This document shows positions 53,275 to 60,741 of a stretch of DNA of 64,000 nt, in pieces. How positions within the stretch are numbered: position 1 is the first letter of the stretch; each line of letters begins with the position of its first letter. The notes below the pieces were generated by a model. It had not been told where the DNA came from and did not search any database. It worked only from the letters and a program-made list of their open reading frames with translations. Location of the stretch: positions 62,001 to 126,000 of IMG/VR virus record IMGVR_UViG_3300023296_000874; one strand, given 5' to 3'. A program made the position numbers and the translations under genes.

Positions 53275-53949
53275 CTACTCCGAATTACTGCTCTCATGGA
53301 TTTCGTAGGACAACTCTCCAAGCTTCAAGGCAGTCTTCTGGATCTCGGCCCGAAGGGATTTCAGTTGGCGGTCCTGTCCATCGAGTAGGGGGCCGTAGCC
53401 GGAGAGGAGCTCAAGTTCGTGAGCGATACCTCCGATGCCTCTGTGGAGCCAGTTGACAGAATCCTTGAAGTGGGTTTCGTAGTACCTATCGCCGCCGCGC
53501 GAGTGTTTGGCTGAAGTCACAGCCTTGTCAGCAGCAGTCGTGCCCCCACCGAGCATTCCTGAAATGTCTCCGAGTCCCGAGTCGAGGTCCTCAATGGCAT
53601 CTTGTACCGCCACGATCTCAGAGTGGAAGGCGTCCATGGCACTGGAGCCTCCCATCTCGTCCGGTAGCTTATCAAACTCTTCAGTCACGTCACCGAGCGC
53701 GTCGGTAAGTCGGCTCATGGCACGCTTGAAGTGCTTGCGGTAGATCGGGTCCGACGAGGCCTGCACCGTCCGCGCAAGGCGGCTGATGTTGTCAGAAAGG
53801 CTCGCCTTGAAGGTGTGGTCAGGCTTCATGTTCTTGTAGATTCCCATGATGTACGCATAGTTGCCGCCCTTGCCCGCTTCAGCAGCGATTTCCTTGGCAC
53901 GGTCCCACTTGTGTTCGTCGCGGGGTGTGTCAACTACGCCACCGGGCAT
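53275..53949 (-). CDS. putative virion protein with an internal copy of the shared leader
   Basis: N-terminal E..W..AK......YAYIMGIYK.M module, then KA-SLSDNISRLARTVQA, then helical domains. Confidence 0.7.
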   Translation of the reverse strand: MPGGVVDTPRDEHKWDRAKEIAAEAGKGGNYAYIMGIYKNMKPDHTFKASLSDNISRLARTVQASSDPIYRKHFKRAMSRLTDALGDVTEEFDKLPDEMGGSSAMDAFHSEIVAVQDAIEDLDSGLGDISGMLGGGTTAADKAVTSAKHSRGGDRYYETHFKDSVNWLHRGIGGIAHELELLSGYGPLLDGQDRQLKSLRAEIQKTALKLGELSYEIHESSNSE

Positions 53950-53957
53950 GTCAGCTC

Positions 53958-54194
53958 CTACTTGTTTTCTTGGATGGAAGAGAACCTGTGCAACGTCTTC
54001 CGCATGTCCTGCAGCCGGTCACGCGCCTTTTCGGGCGAGTAGCTCAGCAGAGCCAGAATCTCATCAACTTCCTTCACAAGAGGCTTCACAACTACGGTCG
54101 GCTTGCCGGTGTCGCGGACGTCCATGTCCATGTAGCGAGCGCGGTCGGCAATGTAGGAGCGAGCAAGGAGGGAAATCTCAGCGGATGTGGTCAC
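53958..54194 (-). CDS. small protein with shared leader
   Basis: GAGG RBS, GTG start, MTTSAEISLLARSYIA. Confidence 0.65.
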   Translation of the reverse strand: MTTSAEISLLARSYIADRARYMDMDVRDTGKPTVVVKPLVKEVDEILALLSYSPEKARDRLQDMRKTLHRFSSIQENK

Positions 54195-54210
54195 AATCGG
54201 TACCTCTCTA

Positions 54211-54816
54211 TCAGAAGGTCACGCGCCACACAAACGTCAGGGTCATGGAGCCTGGCTTGTTGATGACGTTGAAGTTGCGGACGTTGAGGAACGAGTCGTA
54301 GTTCCTACGGTCCACCGAGGGGTCATTCCAAGAGCCTTGAGCAATCGGAGTAGCCACAAGCGGCGGGGTGATGTCTACAGCGGCACACACGATGCCCATC
54401 TCAACCAGAGGCCCTACGGCTTCAGACGTGCTGTACGTCACAGTGAAGTCGAGGATGTTGGTCGGGATGGCCGATGTGGAGCCACCAGCGTCGATGAAGT
54501 CAATGGCACTGAACTGCTTGCGGTCGATCTCAGCGTAGAGGGAGCCCTGTGTGGCTGCCGCTGCTGGGACGCTCTGTAGGTCCCACCCGGCGTCCCCAGT
54601 TCCTACTGCGAGTGCAAACGCACCAGCCGAGGGCTCTGTAGGGTCAGCCACCAAACGGGCCACGAGGATGCTCGCGTCGTTGGTGATGACGTTCTTGCCG
54701 AGGTAGGTGAAGGCCTTCTTCTCACCCGGACGCTCCATCTTGTACCAGATCTGACCCGTGAAAGGGATCGACCGAGATACTTCAATGAGCGGGGGGTGTG
54801 CAAGCTGCTCAATCAT
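54211..54816 (-). CDS. tail-collar/fibre-attachment protein
   Basis: KNVITN....LVARL, AVGTG, L..EI.RK, EA.GPL.EMG, F.VINK.....LT..W..TF. Confidence 0.7.
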   Translation of the reverse strand: MIEQLAHPPLIEVSRSIPFTGQIWYKMERPGEKKAFTYLGKNVITNDASILVARLVADPTEPSAGAFALAVGTGDAGWDLQSVPAAAATQGSLYAEIDRKQFSAIDFIDAGGSTSAIPTNILDFTVTYSTSEAVGPLVEMGIVCAAVDITPPLVATPIAQGSWNDPSVDRRNYDSFLNVRNFNVINKPGSMTLTFVWRVTF

Positions 54817-54970
54817 TGGTCTTCTTCTCTGGCTTTGGTTTTGTGTCTTCCTTGGCAGTGTAGCCCTGACGCAGGTCAACGTTCACGGCCTTGCCGTCCG
54901 GCTCTTGTAGCCTGACGACCATTACATCCGCACGGATGGGCTTCTGAAATCTGTCCGACGCTCTGGGCAT
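54809..54970 (-). CDS. small hypothetical protein (53 aa)
   Basis: GGGAG RBS, ATG 54970, first gene after a class B motif. Confidence 0.55.
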   Translation of the reverse strand: MPRASDRFQKPIRADVMVVRLQEPDGKAVNVDLRQGYTAKEDTKPKPEKKTND

Positions 54971-54996
54971 GGTGTCTCCCAAGTGAACTGCCCCAG

Positions 54997-55013
54997 CTAC
55001 AAACGGATTATGA
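54997..55013 (-). promoter_or_regulatory. Class B (putative late) promoter motif
   Basis: TCATAATCCGTTTGTAG at the head of the tail operon. Confidence 0.75.
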
Positions 55014-55042
55014 CAGCGAGGGAATCTGGCCGTCATACGGTC

Positions 55043-55474
55043 ATGCCACATGATGTCGACAAGCGTATCTGGGTTCTGACTGATGACGGCTCTGAGGAGC
55101 CGCCAGCAGACCTATTTCCTGAGGACGCCCCGGAATCGGCTCCTCAGGTAGAAACCATTCCTGACCGTTCGTATGGGGGTCCAATACCCCTGCAGCAGGG
55201 AGTAGCCTTGCCGGATGTGCCTACGACCAGGGTCACCATTCAGGGTCCCTACGCGGATGCTGTAGCGGCAGCTATCTTGATGCACGCGGCACCGGGGCTC
55301 AGGCTACAGTCGCAGGCCACTACGGAGGGGAGAGTGGACCTGCTGTTCGACACGAACTCGGACATGCTGTGGCGGGTGCTCAATGGGGAAGCAGTCGAGG
55401 ACGAAGAGGCCGAAGCTGACTCGAACAGTGACGCGGTCAACCCTCCAGAGGATCCCTACGACATGTTCCTCTGA
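55043..55474 (+). CDS. acidic hypothetical protein
   Basis: Fills the gap between minus-strand genes; start uncertain. Confidence 0.5.
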   Translation: MPHDVDKRIWVLTDDGSEEPPADLFPEDAPESAPQVETIPDRSYGGPIPLQQGVALPDVPTTRVTIQGPYADAVAAAILMHAAPGLRLQSQATTEGRVDLLFDTNSDMLWRVLNGEAVEDEEAEADSNSDAVNPPEDPYDMFL

Positions 55475-55476
55475 TC

Positions 55477-57549
55477 CTACGGCGGTGAGCCCAGCACCAA
55501 GTCCCGCTCGTTTGAGGGAAGGTGGCTTGTGGTTGCTCCGAGGATCACCGTGATGTCACCCTCGTCATTCCAATGCCCCAGCAGCTCGTTGTTGAACAGG
55601 ACGTCCGAGCCGTTGAAGTTGCTCTCGTTCATCACGAACATGCCGGTCAGATCGTAGCTCTCGCCTCGCCCTGTCTCGCCGCCGATGCCCAAGTTGGAGA
55701 GTGGGGAGTCTGTAATGGCTGCGGTGTCAAAGTCGTCGGAGTCAGGTACGGTCACTGAGGCTGTCTGCGTGAGCTGACATCCCTCTACTCCCTCGAAGTT
55801 GTTGAGCAGGTCCGTACCGTTGAGGTCGCTCTGGTTGAAGATGAACAGCCCATCTTCGTCGCAGAAGGGGATGCTCGGGAAGGTGAACGTCTCTTCCAAG
55901 CCGTCATCGATGCTCAGCCCAACGAGTCCATCGTCACAGGCCACATGGATGAGGCCTTCCTCTCCGGTCTCCGTCTTGGACAGGTTCAGAGGAGCGCTGA
56001 AGTGCTCGCCCGGTGTGAGGGTCACCCATGTCAGTGCTGGGTTCTCGGATGCTACTTCTTGAGGTGTGTCGCCGCCCCATGCAGAGGAACCCCAATCCAC
56101 ATCGCCGAAGGAGCCGTACTCGGAGAGGTCAATGCCGTCCTCAAGCTCGAACACCGGGTTGCCCGCGATCTTCGTCTCGACGATCGGTGTCCCTTCGTTC
56201 AGTGGGTGCTCGAGTCCGCTCGCATCGGTCTGGTCCGGAGATAGAACGTAGTTGGCCCAGTTGAGTACGTGACGGTGTCCGAAGATTCGGCCGTCCGTAT
56301 CGCTGATCTGGTGCGGGGGCTCGTTCAGTACGAGGCGCGTGGGGTCGTTGAGGCCTGCGGTGTAGGCGGTCTCAAAGCCCTCGTAGCTCCAGTACACCTG
56401 CTTCGGGTTGATGGCCTGTACGGAGTTGAGTACCCAACGTACCGGGAACTTCTCGTAGCCACCGCCCCAGATGGTCCGGCCCGGCTGGTTGAGCAGCAGT
56501 CCGAAGGAGGTGTTCTTCCAGTAGTTGTACTCGACAACTACCGTGTCTGAAGGGACCACGGGTGCCGACAGGGTGATGATGCCGGATGCACCATCCACGT
56601 CCGCTACCGTCACGACGGTGCCGTTGACGGTGACTGTCACGTCGTCAGCGCCGCCGATGTTGGGGCTGGTGTCCGCGTCCGTGATGGGGCCGTTGGACGT
56701 GTAGATGAGTAGCCCCGCCATGCCCGAGAAGTCCTCGGTGACCGGGATGGCCTTGTTGACGCCCAAGCGGTCGCGGCCCTCTACTCCCTCACAGTACTTG
56801 CGTGCATCGTCGTAGTCGTGGTCCCAGATGTTCTCGGTCTTCACCGTGTCGTCGGCGTTCTTCACCAACTCCATCAGGTCAGTGAAGATGAACCTGAGCA
56901 CGTAGAGCGTGTGTGCGGGCTTCACCAGCTTGAGCAGGAAGTCCAGCTTGACGCTGATGTCCTGGAAGTTGCGGCTGATGTTCTCGGTGAGCTCGAAGTC
57001 CACCCGGAAGCCGAACTGATCGCTGATGTCAAAGGCGCTCAGCGGGTTGCGTGCGTCCTTGAAGTTCTCACTGAGCGTAACCACGCCCTCTTCGCCCACG
57101 AAGCGCTCGATGCCCGCCACGATGTTCGCGGGGGTGGATCCTCCGAAGAAGATCGCCACAAGCGACTGAACGAAGTCGCAGAACTCCTGGCTACTGAAGA
57201 TGCTGAGCTGAAGATTCTTGTTCAACGCCAGCATGGAGCCGAGCTTCTGGTAGGCCAGGTCAGCGCGGTTGTCGCAGTATGCCGGTGTGTTGAAGTAGGT
57301 GTCGCCCTCGAGGTCCTCAATCGCCAACCGGATGCGAGCGAACTCGATGGCGTAGGCCCGGAGTGCGATGGCGTAGTTGGGTCCGGTGATCGAGCTCTGG
57401 TAGTTGGAGGGGAGGACGTTGCGGAGATCCTTCTCAATCTCGAGCGACTTGTCCTTCAACCTTGTCCTAAAGACCTTGCCTTCCCGACCGACCTGGCTGA
57501 ACGCCCGTCGGTTCCGGATGTCAAGTAGTCTGAAGAAATCAACGGCCAT
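55477..57549 (-). CDS. baseplate wedge protein (gpI/gp7-like)
   Basis: LPSNY, F.GSTP.NI, L.LVKPAHT motifs typical of the partner of baseplate J; FxxN.S..NG repeats. Confidence 0.7.
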   Translation of the reverse strand: MAVDFFRLLDIRNRRAFSQVGREGKVFRTRLKDKSLEIEKDLRNVLPSNYQSSITGPNYAIALRAYAIEFARIRLAIEDLEGDTYFNTPAYCDNRADLAYQKLGSMLALNKNLQLSIFSSQEFCDFVQSLVAIFFGGSTPANIVAGIERFVGEEGVVTLSENFKDARNPLSAFDISDQFGFRVDFELTENISRNFQDISVKLDFLLKLVKPAHTLYVLRFIFTDLMELVKNADDTVKTENIWDHDYDDARKYCEGVEGRDRLGVNKAIPVTEDFSGMAGLLIYTSNGPITDADTSPNIGGADDVTVTVNGTVVTVADVDGASGIITLSAPVVPSDTVVVEYNYWKNTSFGLLLNQPGRTIWGGGYEKFPVRWVLNSVQAINPKQVYWSYEGFETAYTAGLNDPTRLVLNEPPHQISDTDGRIFGHRHVLNWANYVLSPDQTDASGLEHPLNEGTPIVETKIAGNPVFELEDGIDLSEYGSFGDVDWGSSAWGGDTPQEVASENPALTWVTLTPGEHFSAPLNLSKTETGEEGLIHVACDDGLVGLSIDDGLEETFTFPSIPFCDEDGLFIFNQSDLNGTDLLNNFEGVEGCQLTQTASVTVPDSDDFDTAAITDSPLSNLGIGGETGRGESYDLTGMFVMNESNFNGSDVLFNNELLGHWNDEGDITVILGATTSHLPSNERDLVLGSPP

Positions 57550-57587
57550 GTTCGGTCCTCTTATGGATCTGATCTGTCAAGCCTGAC

Positions 57588-57604
57588 CTACAAATGCAGT
57601 ATGA
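57588..57604 (-). promoter_or_regulatory. Class B promoter motif variant
   Basis: TCATACTGCATTTGTAG, 39 nt upstream of the baseplate gene. Confidence 0.6.
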
Positions 57605-57616
57605 CAGCATTTCCAT

Positions 57617-57643
57617 TCTGACTTCCAGCACCACATCACCGTT
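57617..57643 (+). promoter_or_regulatory. Class A promoter TCTGACT-N16-CGTT
   Basis: tctgact-tccagcaccacatcac-cgtt. Confidence 0.7.
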
Positions 57644-57668
57644 ATATGAGAAATCGGAGGAACGACAC

Positions 57669-58100
57669 ATGCCCAAAACCCTCGCCGTCTATGCAGGCGC
57701 ATTCCTGACCTCCCGTGGCAAGACCGCGCTGCGCCTTTGGTGGCAAGCCAACGTCAGTCCGCTGGAGAGTAAGAGCTTCGGCCATCACATGACCATCAAG
57801 TTCAAGCCCTCAGATGAGGAGCTGTACGAGTTGATGGAGCGCCTCGGTGGCGTAGGTGAGACCGTTCAGTTGCGCATCGTGGGCTACGCCGAGGACGCGG
57901 ACCTGGGAGTGCAGGCGGTGGTTGTGGAAGGCGTCTACTCCACCAACGACAACCCCCACGTCACTGTCGCCACGGACGGAGCCAAGCCTTTCCTGAGCAA
58001 CAAGCTCCTCAAGCGGGGCTATACCGACGTGCGCGGAGCCGCCCTCGAAGCTCGGCTCGGATACTTCGACGGACGCGCCGACCGCTTCGAGCTGCCTTAG
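57669..58100 (+). CDS. 2H phosphoesterase (cyclic phosphodiesterase fold)
   Basis: Two HxT motifs (HHMTI, PHVTV) and P..SN.LL; GGAGG RBS before ATG 57669. Confidence 0.75.
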   Translation: MPKTLAVYAGAFLTSRGKTALRLWWQANVSPLESKSFGHHMTIKFKPSDEELYELMERLGGVGETVQLRIVGYAEDADLGVQAVVVEGVYSTNDNPHVTVATDGAKPFLSNKLLKRGYTDVRGAALEARLGYFDGRADRFELP

Positions 58101-58205
58101 TATTCCACACTATCAACGGCTTTCCGTTGTAGAATGGAGTACTGGCATTCTGTCATCACACGAGAAGAGACTATTCCCACTCCCTGCGAAAAAGACGACC
58201 CCTTC

Positions 58206-58232
58206 CCTGAGAATACGGGCACATGGTCCGTT
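58206..58232 (+). promoter_or_regulatory. degenerate class A promoter CCTGAGA-N16-CGTT
   Basis: Same spacing as the consensus, two mismatches. Confidence 0.45.
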
Positions 58233-58270
58233 GAGTCTCTGAACCCCTTTCGGAGACCCAATACCCAACC

Positions 58271-59275
58271 ATGATACTCCTTGTAATCGCTGTAACCGCA
58301 GTTGTACTTGCCTCGGCGCTCTGCTCCGGCTCTGAAGCCGCCTTGATGGCAATGCCCAACGTGCGTGTTCGCCAGCTCGCGGAGGAAGGTGGCTCAACAG
58401 CCGCCATACTGCTCCGGTTGAAAGACAACCTCGACAGGCCCATTGCTGCCATCGTGGTTCTCAACAACATCGCCAACATCGTCGGCTCCATCGTGGTTGG
58501 TGGGATTGCTACTGACGTGCTCGGAAGTGCCTACCTCGGTGCCTTCTCAGCCGTGTTGACCTTCGCCATCATCCTCTTCGCAGAGATCATCCCCAAGAGC
58601 ATCGGCACCAACTACCCGGAGCGCATCAGCCTCCTGATTGCACGACCGCTCAGTGCGATCTCGTGGTTGCTGACCCCGGCACTCTGGATGCTCGAACAGG
58701 TGACCAAGCTCATTGGCGGACCCAACGGTGCTACGGCAGCGGACGAGGCTACCTTGCGCTTCATGGTGCGGGAAGCCGGACGTGAGGACCAGATTGAGGA
58801 GGATGAGCGCGACATGATCCTCCGGGTGTTCAGCCTCAACGACCTGACCGCCAGCGACATCATGACTCCCCGTACCGCGATGACCTACCTCCGCGCTGAC
58901 CTGACTGCCAAGGAGCAGGAGGCCCAGATCAAGGCGTCACAGCACTCCCGCATCATCGTTGTGGGTGAGACGCTCGACGACGTGGTGGGCGTGGTGATGC
59001 TGAGGGACTTGCTCCTCTCGCTCATGAATGGCGGACTGCTACCGAAGCCTGTGCCTGCCGCCTTTGTCAGCCCCGACATGCCCGCCGATGAGCTCATGCG
59101 GCACTTCCTACCCGCGCGGAACCACATGGCTCTCGTGCGGGGAGAGTACGGCGCGGTACATGGCTTGGTGACCCTCGAGGACGTCCTTGAGATCGTTGTT
59201 GGCGAAGAGATTGTTGACGAGACTGACCGTGACGACGACATGCAGGCTGTTGCACGGGACCGCGCTACATCCTGA
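58271..59275 (+). CDS. CNNM/CorB-family (DUF21 + CBS) Mg2+/metal transport protein
   Basis: SALCSGSEAAL, LNNIANI, IILFAEIIPKS, DIMTPR, HSRI.V, EYG...GLVTLEDVLE.VVG.EIVDETD. Confidence 0.92.
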   Translation: MILLVIAVTAVVLASALCSGSEAALMAMPNVRVRQLAEEGGSTAAILLRLKDNLDRPIAAIVVLNNIANIVGSIVVGGIATDVLGSAYLGAFSAVLTFAIILFAEIIPKSIGTNYPERISLLIARPLSAISWLLTPALWMLEQVTKLIGGPNGATAADEATLRFMVREAGREDQIEEDERDMILRVFSLNDLTASDIMTPRTAMTYLRADLTAKEQEAQIKASQHSRIIVVGETLDDVVGVVMLRDLLLSLMNGGLLPKPVPAAFVSPDMPADELMRHFLPARNHMALVRGEYGAVHGLVTLEDVLEIVVGEEIVDETDRDDDMQAVARDRATS

Positions 59276-59281
59276 ATAGCC

Positions 59282-59326
59282 TCTGAGTGATCAGGCGCTC
59301 CGTCCGTTACCTGTGCAGCACGGAGC
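59282..59326 (+). promoter_or_regulatory. Class A promoter TCTGAGT-N16-CGTT (59282-59308) with RBS-sequestering hairpin
   Basis: tctgagt-gatcaggcgctccgtc-cgtt; gctccgt/acggagc pairs with the GGAG RBS. Confidence 0.7.
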
Positions 59327-59331
59327 ACAAC

Positions 59332-59553
59332 ATGGCCCTCGCCCAGCGACAAGACAGCACCACCGACCAGATCGAAACCGTCATCGAAGAGGCGCGCAAG
59401 CAGGACTTCCCCGTGGCATGGCTCGAGGACTGGGAAGACTGGACGCGCTCAGAGAGCGCGGACCTCGTGGGGTGCTACTGCATCATCGCTGATGAGGCCG
59501 GGTGCTACGACGCCAAGGACGCCATCATGCGCAAGTGGGAAGCTGCCTCATGA
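59332..59553 (+). CDS. hypothetical protein
   Basis: ATG 59332 after ACGGAG. Confidence 0.6.
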   Translation: MALAQRQDSTTDQIETVIEEARKQDFPVAWLEDWEDWTRSESADLVGCYCIIADEAGCYDAKDAIMRKWEAAS

Positions 59554-59837
59554 TCGGACGCACCATCACCTGCTACCCGATGGACGGGACCAAGCCCCAG
59601 TTCGAACTCGAAATCACGAACAGTGGGCGCGGGCTCATTGATCTTCGTGTCAAAGGGACAGGCGACGGTGTGAACTGGACCGGATTCCAGTTCGACGGCT
59701 ACAACCGACCGCATCAGTTCAAACCCGAGTGGCTGCATACAGTCCGCTTCCACGGCTACCTCATCAAGGGCAGCGGCAAAAACCGCGACGTGATGGAGGT
59801 GGACTTCTGGCTGAAGGAGATAGACAGTGCCGACTGA
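59550..59837 (+). CDS. hypothetical protein
   Basis: ATGA coupling with the upstream gene. Confidence 0.55.
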   Translation: MIGRTITCYPMDGTKPQFELEITNSGRGLIDLRVKGTGDGVNWTGFQFDGYNRPHQFKPEWLHTVRFHGYLIKGSGKNRDVMEVDFWLKEIDSAD

Positions 59838-60741
59838 GACCATCGCAAACCCCAACTTCAGCATCGTCCTACCCGGAGCCTGTCAGGCTCGTTGTGGGTT
59901 CTGCTATTGGAAACGCTCGGACAATGAGCTACGCCTCAAGGCGTGGGCATCTGAGCTGAACCGCGTGCTGGGAGCCCTGCCCCCACAGTTCAAGACCCTC
60001 TCCCTCACCGGAGGAGAGACTGTACTCAGCCCCTACCTCAAGCGTGCGCTGAGTGTGATCGAGCTCCACAAGGAGCGCTTCGACCGAGTGGTGCTGACCA
60101 CCAACGGGGGGTCTCCCAAGAACTTCGACAAGCTGAGGGACCTGTTCGACGGGGTGGTGGACCACATCAACCTCTCACGTCACGCCCTCAACGAGCTTGA
60201 GAACCGTGCGGCCTTCGGAGACTGCAAGACCATCAACTGGGAAGAGACCGAGACCTTCTGCACCAAGATGGCTGAGGTTGGAATCGACGTGACCATCAGC
60301 GCCGTGCTCGGCATCTGGTGGGGAGAGATGATCCTCGGAGAGTGGGTAGGAGCCGACAAGGCATACACCCGCGCATTCCTCGCCAAGTGCAAGAGCGTTG
60401 GAGCCGGAGCGGTATTCCTCCGCAAGCTTCACGGCACGCTCGACACTCACCCGTTGCAGGACAACTTCAGCGAAGAGGCCACGGTGGAGCATGGCTGCCC
60501 GACGTGCAAGGACTTCGTCATGACCATCGACGGGGTGCGCGTGCATTGGAAGTACAGCACGCTCGAGCCAAGCGATGATCTCGGCCTTGTGTACGAGGTG
60601 ATTCTGCAGCCCGACGGTAGGATGACTACCGGATGGACCACCGACGAGCCCTACGAGCTCCCAGTGCCCGAGCCAGTGCGGGCCTCGGTGGCAAGCTCTA
60701 CATCAGGGTGCGGAGGTACTACTCGGAGCTGCGGTAGCTGA
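59827..60741 (+). CDS. radical SAM enzyme
   Basis: CQARCGFC (CxxxCxxC), SLTGGE, LTTNG, HINLSRH. Confidence 0.9.
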   Translation: MPTETIANPNFSIVLPGACQARCGFCYWKRSDNELRLKAWASELNRVLGALPPQFKTLSLTGGETVLSPYLKRALSVIELHKERFDRVVLTTNGGSPKNFDKLRDLFDGVVDHINLSRHALNELENRAAFGDCKTINWEETETFCTKMAEVGIDVTISAVLGIWWGEMILGEWVGADKAYTRAFLAKCKSVGAGAVFLRKLHGTLDTHPLQDNFSEEATVEHGCPTCKDFVMTIDGVRVHWKYSTLEPSDDLGLVYEVILQPDGRMTTGWTTDEPYELPVPEPVRASVASSTSGCGGTTRSCGS

